Translations under genes and position numbers: made by a program
Assembly: GCA_020536535.1 (NCBI GenBank)
Contig: JAHLWZ010000872.1
Span: 570-64,569 of the forward strand
Direction of reading: 5' to 3'
Length of the DNA: 64,000 bases
Source of the DNA: Pelomyxa schiedti
Lineage: Eukaryota > Protista > Evosea
The notes under the pieces: generated by a model
Told to the model about the DNA's origin: nothing
The model's database searches: none
The model's input: the letters and a program-made list of their open reading frames with translations, nothing else
In this document: one piece after another, positions 10,857 through 22,050 of the stretch
Position numbering within the stretch: position 1 is the first letter of the stretch
Layout: each line of letters opens with the position of its first letter

Positions 10857-11884
10857 TCAAAAACATGAGCTTTTTTGTTCTGGGGGAATTGAGGCTGATG
10901 GAGGGGGTCCTTGGTCAAGTATTAGTTTTGCCATTTGTGTGAATGCCAAGTCAACATTGTTGCCATTCTTGGCTGAGCATTCGCTGTGTTTGTTTGTTTG
11001 TTTGAATTGGTGAGTGAGAAGGTATTGGGAAATACATGTAAGGCATCTGCAATTCGTCAGCGAGTTTTTGCGCTGTTTCTATTGGAATGACTCGCTCAGT
11101 TTCTAAGTCACTCTGTGAAAAAGATTAGACTCCACTAACGAAGTGGAACTTACTTTGTTTCCAATCAGTATGCGGCGTCCAGTTGCTGACATGGAATCAA
11201 GTTCTTTAACCCAATCACGGCACCGGTCAAAGGAGTTCTGAGAAGTTACGTCACTGTAAAGCATGTGAATGATTGATGAAGGAGAGGCAATGCCCACAAT
11301 ACAATGAAAATCCCATGTGCTCCCCGGTAATCTAGGTAACATATTCTGTGTTATCTACAACAACGGCATTTAAAATTAAGGCATACAGCCTGCCATAAGG
11401 GACCGGAATCTGGAATTTAAGTTATAAACGCAGTGGGGATTGAGTGCCGCGATAGTTACCTCTCTTCGCCTCCAGTGTCCCACTATTACCAGGAATTGAA
11501 TGTTACTAGGTAAAGAGTGTTTCAACAGAATACACAACAATTTGCAGCTTGATGCTCGTTGTATCAATGGTTATTTCACGTACTCTCTGACACAACGTTT
11601 GCTAATTAGCCAAAACAAAATACTAGGGATTACACACGAAGTCTACACCAATAGTGCAGCAAGGGTAATCAAAAGTGTTAAGCTGCAATTGGGATGTAAT
11701 TATTCAACACAATGGTTTGATTTTAATAAAAAAAAGGGGGAATGTGCCGTGAATCTGATACTCAACATAGCTAAAAGAAAGTTGAGTTAGTCACACTAAA
11801 TCACATTCAATCGATCAACACACTTTTGCCGACGTTAGTCTCACCAACCGACGTAATTTTGAACATCCACTCGCTAATCGACAT
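10857..11884 (-). CDS. Divergent Rab-family small GTPase (tandem copy B), multi-exon
   Basis: MSISEWMFKITSVGETNVGKS, WDTGGEER, YRGAHGIF, DVTSQNSF, ILIGNK, ECSAKNGNNV; ends SSCF*. Exon layout matches copy A. Confidence 0.85.
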
Positions 11885-12074
11885 TTCGATTGATGCATGG
11901 GATCAACACTCATTAGCAACAAACTAACAACAAAACGCACCACGGCCTGCTGCCGCTCATTTTTTCTTCTTTTCTTTCGGTTACGAAATTCTACCGTTTC
12001 TAAAACCCTCTTGTTATATTAAACAGAGGTGGAAAACCCACAATCCCTCCATCACTCCATTCCTATTCACAACA

Positions 12075-12931
12075 TCACTTAGAGGAAGCGTAGCTGAACA
12101 AGTACTGCTGTTGCTCAGTGAGTGCGGCTGGTGTACCCACAAGGAACATGAACAGCTGGGTTCCCACACCAGACGCCGGAGTGCCCGCGTTGTTGTACCG
12201 CCACGCCATTTCCACTGTCATCCAGGCCTTGAGGCACCCTGTGGCTGCCCAGAATGCCAGCGGGGCAGCCGGCGGCGAGTGAGGGGTTCCAGTCTGTGAG
12301 GCAAGGAATATGATGCACGGGCACTGCACAAGGGCTCCGCTAAGTGCCGCACGGTGCTTCATAAGTTCGATACTATCGAATTCTCTTCCGTCAATTCCTT
12401 TGGCCTGGTTGCATGTTAGTGCTTACGGGATTGTAACCCCTTTTTTTTTTTTTTTTTTTTTTGAGTTAGGGGCTTCTTGTGTCGGTTATTCGCTAAATAG
12501 TGTGCAAACTATTTAAGTGTTTGAATAGGGACCCATACCGCGCTGAGCTTCATGACCATTCTCTTGACGTCCTCCAGCACCTTCTGTGACAAGCCATTGG
12601 ACGATGTGACGTCGAACCTATCCCACTGGAACTCGGCCCTCGAGGACATCGCCAGCCTGCCCCACGCCCCGCCGCCCCACACGGCCGGGTCCGGCTCGCC
12701 CTGCCTTGCCCCCTCCCCCTCCCCCTCCCCCACACCCTCCGGCCGCGGGTCAGCCGCCTCGGTTGTGGCCGCGGTGTTGGCGGCGGGGGTGGTGGCGGCG
12801 GGGGTGCCGCGGCCCCACAGCGACTGCATGGACGCCGTGGTGGACGCGGCCGACGGGGGAGGCGGTGGTGTCTGCGAGGCCGACGATGAGGACGACGAGG
12901 CGGGTGGTTGGTTACCAGTGGGTCTCCCCAT
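12075..12931 (-). CDS. Hypothetical protein, two exons (low-complexity N-terminus)
   Basis: ORFs 12509-12931 and 12075-12362 are separated by a poly-A/T intron-like segment; GC-rich, coding-like composition; no family recognised. Confidence 0.55.
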
Positions 12932-13081
12932 GCCAGGCCTGCTCCTTGTTGTTGTTGTTTGTGTTGGCTTTTGTTTTTTTCCCCCCTGTTACGCGAAGTT
13001 TTCGTTTCGTTTTTTTATTCACAAAGGTCCAAGGGGGTTATGTTTGGGCATTGGGGTTCCTTTCGAGGAACTCTGTAGTAT

Positions 13082-13896
13082 CTAGCTCGTCTTGAAGAAG
13101 AGTATGGTGGTGTCCTTGGTAACAGCACATTGTATGAAGGTGTAGCCTTCTGTCTCTTTGGCGTTTATGATGCGTTGTAGGGCCTCATCGCGTAGGGTGG
13201 AGTTTTTGAGTGTAACAACTTCAGTGTGGTATTCGGATTCCTGCGTTTTTTGATATGCTATGTGAGACAGTGGATTTTTAAAAAAGTTATATGACCTTCT
13301 CAAATATCTTTCCTCTCGGCAATAGGACACCGTAGTGCGCAGCTTCTTTATAAATGGCATCCATGTGGATGTGAGCTGGGACGTGGAAGTTCCCAGTACG
13401 CAGCCATTCAAGGACGTATCTTAGCGCCTGGTCAGGGAATAAAAGGTACAGAGAGGAACGGAAAGAGGAGGAAAAATGCATACTCGAATAAAGTGGGGTC
13501 TCGATCAATAAATATATATCCTTTAGCATCACGAACACAACGAATTCTTCCAGACAATACACCAGTAAAGTAATTGTTTCGCTTAGCCCCTGTAGTTAAC
13601 ATCTATTATTTAACGAGCGGATGAAGAAAATATAATAACCTGGTTCCGGGGACACCCTCCTCAGAGATGCCGCTGTAGTTTCAAATCTGAGTGTGCGTTT
13701 TAGACGCGAACAACCGGAAAAGAAAGAGAAAGATCCAAAAACAAAAACAAAACAACCACAACCTCCTGCCGCCAACGTTGAATTTTACAATGTCGTCAGG
13801 AGAGGGTATCACATCGTCATCCTCGGGCCCCCCTGGTGTCGCCACAGCCGACGATGTTGTCAGCGGCGTCTCCGCATCCCTCTCCCTTCGCGACAT
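13082..13896 (-). CDS. KCTD-type BTB/POZ domain protein
   Basis: Spliced motifs DIVKFNVGGR|RFETT, YIFIDRDPTLF, YVLEWLRTG and IYKEAAHYGV are hallmarks of the T1-type BTB domain. Confidence 0.88.
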
Positions 13897-14210
13897 ACCG
13901 TCGTTTGTTTCGTTTTTGTGTTTTTTTGGGAAATGATCAGATCTCTGAATTGATCAATTCTCAAGTTCAGATGCCACCCTGGGTGGCAGTAATTGCCCGC
14001 AAACAATGTGCCATGTAACTCCAGAAATACAACTTAATTTTCCAAACAACTCACTGTCCGATAATGAACTCGGACTTCCCCATTCGGAATCAACATCATC
14101 AAACTCACTTAAGCCCACTGATTGAAGTGGTAACGCGTTGGCGTCCGTTGCCACATTTTGCTAGCTCCAGAGCTGTACAAGTGGTTGCGAGGAGGAGTGC
14201 GCAGCGAGGG

Positions 14211-15506
14211 ATGACGTTGAGTGACTCGCAACAAACCGTGATCCTCGGAATAAGGATCGCGAACTCCTTTCTGTCTCTGTTTGGCACGTGCTACGTGCTG
14301 TTTAGTTCGCTGGTCTTCAGGCAGTTCAGGGGGCTGTCATCGCGTCTCGTTTTGTATTTGATGGCCTCGTCTGGGGCTGCTGCCGCTGTAAATTTGATGG
14401 GACTTGGTATTTTTTTTACGATTTAACCCCTCTTTGCGCTAATGTGAAATAGGCATTGGCATAAACCCAACTGAGACGCCATTGTGTAAGGCCCAAGGGG
14501 TCACCCTGCAATTTTTTCAGCAGGTAGATGGATAATTTCAGGGTTTCCACCAATTCAAACAACAGGCACAATTCTTGTGGGTTTGTGCAATCGCTATACA
14601 CCTTTTTATTGGACTTGTGCTACACAAACACCCAAAGCGTATTTATGAAATTACCTGTCATATTGTAATTTGGACTCTCGCATCCATTTATACCATCCTT
14701 CCTGCAACCACTAAGTAATTCATCCTTTTAGACCCTCTTCACTTCAACTAATCCTTTTACGCAGAGACTATGGCCCAGCAGGAGTCTGGTAACAATATTA
14801 ATTCCTAAAGCAGTATCCTCTTTAACTAGTATCTCACAGGTGCTGGATAAAAGGAGAAGATGACGATAAGTCAGGATTCATATGGCGGCTTGCAGTTTTT
14901 TACATACCACTCTTTAGCTACGTTTTACTTGTATTCGTTATTTACGGAATGTCATTCCGGGCTGCCCAACGAGTTTTCCGGAAAGTCTCCATTGGGGATA
15001 TTCTTTGTTCCAAGAAAAAGACTCCTGGCTTAGCTATACTACAACGGCTAGCAATCTATCCATTGATTTTTGTTGTTGTTTGGCTTTTCCCTGTTATAAA
15101 TAGGATTCAAGTAAGTCTTTGTCTCTTGAAACTTTTTTTTTAATAATTGTTTATTTTCATTAAAAGAACTGGATAAACCCCGACGACGAGGTAGCCTTTT
15201 CTTTGTCTCTCAATACACTCACTTTGCCAGATATTCGGACTAGTCTTGATGCAAGTGCTTACAGCACCACTGTTTGGGTTCTGGAACAGTGTCTTTTACT
15301 CTCTAGACATCGCACTCGGCACGCGGTACCTCAATGCCCTCCGAAGAAGAAGGATATGTACATGCTGTGTTGGCACCGAACTAGAGATGGTAGAGCAAGA
15401 TGACTTTGCAGACAACTATCTCGTTGATATGGACCTTACATCAGCCTCCAGTGCTACTGGTGACACTCCCAAATCCTCTGTTGTACCCAGCATCAGTGTA
15501 ACATAA
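14211..15506 (+). CDS. 7-TM GPCR of the cAMP-receptor-like/GCR1 family, multi-exon
   Basis: NSFLSLFGTCYVLFS, RLVLYL, RLAIYPLIFVVVWLFPVINRI and GFWNSVFYS motifs; multiple hydrophobic segments. Confidence 0.8.
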
Positions 15507-15819
15507 ACGTCCAACTGCTTCAGCACCAGCACAGCAAACTATGTCCTTTCCTGTACACACTACCACTGAATCCATGTAAAAAAAAAGGCACAAGAATGCC
15601 AACTGCAGTTTCATTAAACTATTTCTCCCAAACCCTGGTATTTGTCATTCCCACAACCCAGTATTCAGGGGAAAAACGAACTCGGAAAAGAAACGAAACA
15701 CAGTTGAACGTGGTGGTGGTGGAAGGGCCACGCACAAGTCCCACCCTCTGCAACATTGTGGGAATTTAAGTTACGCAACTTAAAGGCTTTTTTTTTTCCC
15801 TCACTATGTTGGGGTTTCG

Positions 15820-17557
15820 TTAGAGAGCCTCTATGTTGAATTGCCACTTGACATTCCTGGCTCTCATTTGTTCTGTGTAGTGCAGGAACAGGTTCTCGTG
15901 GAATCCAATACATTCAGGAGGGTGAACTCCAGGAACGGCATATTGTCCCATCAGAACCATTCGTGCAACAACGGCACATGTGCAACCTGTGGTAACTGAC
16001 ATGGACGACCGCGGGAATGGGAGCGCGTAGTCAGTTGTCTGGTACAGGTCGAAGGTAACTTTGCAACGGCGGCCTGGGAAACCACTTTTATCGTTTCCGG
16101 TACCAATCAGTTGAACCCGCATTATCTTTTTGTGGTATAAGAATATGAACACCAGGGAATGGGGCATACTGTGCATTCCGGTTCTGTGACAAGATTCTGT
16201 TTCCAATGAGGAAGCAAAAGATGTGAAGTGAAATCGTCCGGAATGATAGTTTGACCCTATTGTTAGGTTAATTGTGAGGGTAGCACTGAGTCGGGTGTCA
16301 ACCGTGCTTGTGATCGTAATTGGTTTGCTACTAAGGAAACCTGCTTCGCGCAGGGAAAGAACAAAGTTTTGGTGTCCAGGCCATCTTAATGTCTTCTCTT
16401 TCTTGACGAGGTGTGAGGAAAAGGTCATAGTAAAATCCTTAGTTATACCATGTTCTTTGCAATTGGATTCTTGGCAATGGATCGGAGGCCATCTGTAATG
16501 AATGCCTCCATTTCTCTATTTCCAGGAACCATGGGGAGGCGTATTGTTTCGAGCTCCGACAAAGCTGGCACTTGGACAGCCTGTAGAAATAAAAAGAAGC
16601 TCAAAGAAGGAACGGGAAAGTACTTTTCCGTTTTGGATAATGGTAGACTCCCGAGTGTACTCTGAAAAGACATCGTGAGGGCACCAAGGAGCCTTGTAGT
16701 TAAATGGTGGCTTGGGGTTCTGTGGAATTCCACCAATGTACATGACACACTCTTCGCAGGCATCTGGCAAGAAAAACATCGATCCGTAGGCACTCACTTT
16801 TATGGTAAGAAGGTAGGATAGGAAAAAGGGGACAACTCATATGAGACATTCCAGGGGCAACTCCACAGTCGCAGATTACTGTAATGCCCTTGGCTTTTGC
16901 CTTGGAGTCAAGCTGTGTGTAGTCTTGCTGTTCCCAGAAATGTCAGATCACGGAACAAGAAGCAGGAGTAAACCTCCATGAACGAAATGTCGACATAGTT
17001 CTTCCCAGCCTCCACAACAGCGTTAAGTGCATTAAAACCTAAGCCAGATGGTAGAGCACCAACAACCATGTCAAATGGCTTTGCCGCAGCCACAATTGCA
17101 GCTCTATTGGATAGATCCATAGGCAATTTGCGAATCCGGGGATAAACTGATGCAATGTTAGATAGAGTCCTAATCCAAAAAAAAAAAAAAAACCCCACAA
17201 CAGCTATCAACCAAAAAACCTCAAACAACATCCCATTATTTAAAACAACATATTCGTACACATACGTTTTTGCAAAGCGGACAAAGTGTCAGGCCTGCCA
17301 TCAGCAACAGTAACAGATATGAGGGGGTCGCGGCTGAGATCCCCAGCCATCACTCCTCCCACAAGTCCCCCGCCCAGAACAAGAACGTTCTTGGTCCCTA
17401 CTCAAACCCCGTCAACATGCGCGAAAGTTGACGCTTTGTTTCGTCTGCCGAAACCACGCTAAAAGAATGCCGCGAATTGAAGTGTAGTTTAACCTGTGAT
17501 GTGTGCCCCGATGTTGTCCACCCGCCGTAGCACCGCCGATTCCCTCGTCGCTGCCAT
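15820..17557 (-). CDS. Saccharopine dehydrogenase / lysine 6-dehydrogenase family oxidoreductase, multi-exon
   Basis: KNVLVLGGGLVG Rossmann motif, GALPSGLGF, KNYVDISF, DCGVAPGMS, YIGGIPQNP, EAFITDGLRS, KTLRWPGH and SMSVTTG. ATG at 17557; first intron 17493-17398. Confidence 0.88.
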
Positions 17558-17794
17558 TCTTTGTTTTCTCTGATTTCTCTTTCGCCGAAAGCCCCCAGAT
17601 CGGACAAAACAGAATCTCTGCAGGACTCCTCGTCGACGACGTTACACACTGTTTGGGAGAGGAGGAGCACTCGAAGCAAATATAACTAACTTTAGAGTTC
17701 CAACAGACCGACAGTTCCAGAGGAGAAACCCCCATCAGAACTCAGGCGTCTTTTCACCGTGGTTTCGCCGAAACAGAACAAAAGAAAAGGACAG

Positions 17795-19862
17795 ATGTCG
17801 AGCAGCTGTGCTGTCAGCGGTGGGGCGGCGGCGGTGGCGGTGGCGGTGGCGGTGGCGGTGAAGACGCGAATGTGTTGCATTGGTGCTGGGTACGTCGGCG
17901 GTCCCTCGTCCGCCGTCTTCGCCGACCGGTGCCCCGACGTCGACGTCGTGGTAGCCGACCTCAACGCGGACCGCGTGGACGCCTGGGTCCGCGGCTCCCG
18001 CATCGCCGCCGACGCGGTCTCGTCGTCTGGCACCAAGGAGGACGTGGGGCGCGGGCTGGCCGAGGCGGAGGGCGTGCTGCCCATGTACGAGCCGGGGCTG
18101 GCCGAGGTGGTGGGGCGGGCCACGGTGCGAGGCAACCTGCGGTTCACGACGGAGGTGGGGCCCGCCGTCGCCGGCGCCAGGATCGTACTGCTGTGCGTCA
18201 ACACCCCAAATAAGGAGTACGGAACATCGGTGTGTATGATGATGACGTTGTTGTTGAGCGAACAACTTGTTATTATGGGATTATGAGTTATTATTGTTGT
18301 GTGTGTAAGTGATGGGGAAAAAAAAAATCTAAGTAGGACAGTGTATTGCGCAAAGAAATACTTATGAAAATAATATAACAGTAAAAAAACCAAGGAGTAA
18401 TTTTTAAGTATCTGTTGAATGGAATTGTGATCATACTAACTGGGTTAGGGAGTGGGTGGGTATGATCTCACGTCTTACGAGTCGGCAGCCAGGTGTGTTG
18501 CGCAGAATGCCGTACACGATATGATTGTGGTGGAGAAATCTACTGTGCCTGTGCGGACAGCTGACGTCATCGAGACGGTATTGGCGGCAAACGTTAGGGA
18601 CAAGTCCATCAAGTTCGATGTACTTTCAAGTCCGGAATTTCTTGCTGAAGTAAACGCACCCACTTTTTTCTTACAATTATGGGCTAACAACTCAAAAGGG
18701 TACTGCAATACACAACCTTGAAACTCCGGATAGGGTACTTATTGGGTGCCATGATACCCCATCTGGCCACCTAGCTGAAGAAGAGCTTGCTGCAGTTTAC
18801 AGGTTTCGAAACAAACATACATTCAACCACTAATACCTGATAGGAAATGGATACCCCAGGAAAAGATAGTTGTTACCAAAATTTGGAGCAGCGAACTTAG
18901 TAAACTGGCTGCCAACGCACTTCTTGCGCAAAGAATTTCCTCGATCAACGCTTTCTCTGCCTTATGTGAAGCTTCTGGGGCCGACGTTCAAGGTTTCCCC
19001 GACAATTTTTGTTTTCTTCCCAACAAAAACCAGAGGTTGCTAGGGTTGTGGGAATGGATACACGCATAGGACCGTACTTTTTGAATAGCAGTGTGGGATT
19101 TGGTGGTTCATGTTTTGGAAAAGATTTGCAAGGTCTTATATACCTCTGTGAATCCTACCACCTCCACGAGGTTGCCGAGTATTGGAGACAGGTCGAGGTT
19201 ACTGACAACTTACCTATGTTAAGCTTGTTTTAGGTTCTGAAAATCAATAACTACCAAAAGAAGAGATTTTCCGCAAAAATCATTTCTACAATGTTCGGGA
19301 CTGTGAGAAACAAAACTGTATGAGAGATTGGTTTTTTTTTCCTTTCAAACGCACTGACTCTCTCCTAGATATGTATCCTTGGGATGGCTTTCAAGAAGAA
19401 TACAGGAGATACCAGAGATAGTGCTGCATTAGATGTCATCCAGCACCTGCTTGCTGACCACGCTAATATAGTAGCTTATGACCCCAAGGTACAGTTTAAT
19501 ACCAATTTTCGGTATTAAGCTCATATAGGTTCCTATTAGCGAGATAAAGACCATGTTTCCTGCAGTCAAGTGCACCACTGACCCATATGAAGCTGCTTGT
19601 GGTTCTGATGCTGTTGCGGTCTTAACTGAGTGGGATGTTTTCAAGGTAATCACACCACTACCTCCATTCCTATCTCCAACTTTCATTGATTTCCAAACAA
19701 CAGACCTTAGACTACACCCGCATATACAACTCAATGAGGCGCCCGGCATTCGTATTTGATGGGCGGAATATACTCAACCACACCGCACTCCGTGATATAG
19801 GGTTCACAGTCTATGCAATTGGTAAACCCACAACAACAGTAGCATGCACACACAGTTCGTGA
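17795..19862 (+). CDS. UGDH: UDP-glucose 6-dehydrogenase, multi-exon
   Basis: [61 protein letters not shown] (catalytic Cys), [12 protein letters not shown] and LTEWD motifs. Confidence 0.96.
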
Positions 19863-19989
19863 AGAATTCGGCAACCAAAACCCATAGGGTACCACACAAC
19901 CAATCACAGCCAAAACAAAATAAAATAATTGTATGAGGCAATGACTCGTCAACACAAACAAGATAACATCAACAATAGTAGTAACAGTC

Positions 19990-21130
19990 ACTGACCCTTT
20001 TTCTCTTTGGAGCTTGCAAAGTCCATGTACCCACTTATCCAGGTGATGGGGTTCGTCACTCCTCACAAAAAATACCTGCAAAACAAAAAAAAAACATACA
20101 CGCACTAACCTTGCGTACTTGTGGGAGACAACAAAAAAAATGTTTTTTATGGGGGGAAGAAATCTCCGATGTGGTTGGGTTGGGGGTGACTGTTTGATGA
20201 TATATTGGAGGTAGTGGGTGCGGTAGTATGTATTGGATATTGGATTGGATTGTTGTTGTGAACTTGTTGTTGTATTCATATCATCATTCCGCAGAGTGCC
20301 ATTGCATTCCAAATCATCCCATTCAATCAGATATCTTATCTGTGCGTTGAAANNNNNNNNNNNNNNNNNNNNNNNNNNNNNNNNNNNNNNNNNNNNNNNN
20401 NNNNNNNNNNNNNNNNNNNNNNNNNNNNNNNNNNNNNNNNNNNNNNNNNNNNGCCCCATTGATTGCTTGCTCTTTGGGACAGCAGGCAGGGCAGGGATGC
20501 CATTCGGCTGTGCACCAAAGGTGGCACAAATTTCTCGAGGTTGCTTAAAACCCCCTGCACACTGCCCCCATCATGATGACATGGTCACACCATGGGCCAC
20601 ACACTCTCATATCTGCGTGGGAATAATCAGTGTGCTGTAAATAGCAAGGGGCACACACACCTTACATGCTGCAATGGCAAAATCCCCCAAATCAGTAGGT
20701 AGTAACAAAGCCGGTGGTGTTGTTGATGGGGGGAAGAAATCTCCGATGTGGTTGGGTTGGGGGTGACTGTTTGATGATATATTGGAGGTAGTGGGTGCGG
20801 TAGTATGTATTGGATATTGGATTGGATATTGGATTGGATTGTTGTTGTGAACTTGTTGTTGTATTCATATCATCATTCCGCAGAGTGCCATTGCATTCCA
20901 AATCATCCCATTCAATCAGATATCTTATCTGTGCGTTGAAATGAGTGAAAGGTTTGGTAAAAAACGGCACACAGCTTTGTATAGAGAGCCTGCCTCATGT
21001 TGAATCATGCCCCATTGATTGCTTGCTCTTTGGGACAGCAGGCAGGGCAGGGATGCCATTCGGCTGTGCACCAAAGGTGGCACAAATTTCTCGAGGTTGC
21101 TTAAAACCCCCTGCACACTGCCCCCATCAC
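19990..21130 (-). CDS. Hypothetical spliced protein, possibly PH-like; partly duplicated across the scaffold gap
   Basis: Coding-like exons (QIRYLIEWDDLECNG; FFVRSDEPHHLDKWVHGLCKLQREK, resembling a PH-domain C-terminal helix). Segments occur twice around the gap. Confidence 0.3.
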
Positions 21131-22050
21131 CGTGACTCGAGCATAACAGAAGGAGTGTTGGTGACGAAGAGAAACAGACCACTGCCTTGTACCGCTGTGT
21201 TGTATTTATTGCCTTGTGTAGGCGAAAAACCGGCGGCGATTTGTGGTGTTTATTGTGTCGTACCTTTTTTTTATTTTTTATGCGAGCTTACGTTGTCGTA
21301 CATCCGGCTGTTGTAGTGCGATTTTTTTTTATTTTTGTTTAATAATTCTTAATTTTAATTTAGTTTTTTTTTAATTTTTTTTGTTTAATAAAAATTATTC
21401 CTGAAGCAGAATGGACAGCGTCTATTTTTATACTGCAACGACTTTGCAACTCGAGCCAAAACCATTTCTGAGTGTACATTTCTCCCCCACCTCGATAATG
21501 GGAGCAGAGAACACGGATTGTAGTTGGCCAAAGAGTTGTGGTGTTTTGGTGTGTTAGTGCTGTGATGTTAGCGTAATCGTTTATGTATTGTAGTCGACTA
21601 CTGGACATTTCCCAACTCCCATGATTCGTCTATGTTGTAATAGTAAGTTAGACCGACTGCGTGGGTATATAGCGGTATTACTATTTAAAAAAAACAAAGA
21701 AAGCAAGTGAGTGCCGGGTGTTTAGAACACTGCGTTTAGAACATACCTCAGTGTCAGAACGGAACAACTGTAATAACTGAGTGACTAAACAAATACGAGC
21801 GTCGCCGTGTGCAATGTGTGTCATTGGGCATCTCGGTCGTCATACATTTCAAGAGTTTTCAAAATACACTGGGCTCTGGATTTTCGGTTACGGCAGCATA
21901 AACCCTGGAAACAAGTTCACACACCCACTGTATCACATTTAATACAAAATCATAAGGATAACCATAAAAATGGCCAAAAACAAAAAAAAAAAAAATAACA
22001 TAAAAGAAAAGAAAATAAAAGCAACGCAGTGCTGCGGCTACAAAAACAAC

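Noticed and set aside
21300-22000. Short ORFs and splice-like signals between divergent genes
   Set aside because: No recognisable protein or RNA motif; may be 5' exons of the neighbouring minus-strand gene but cannot be supported.
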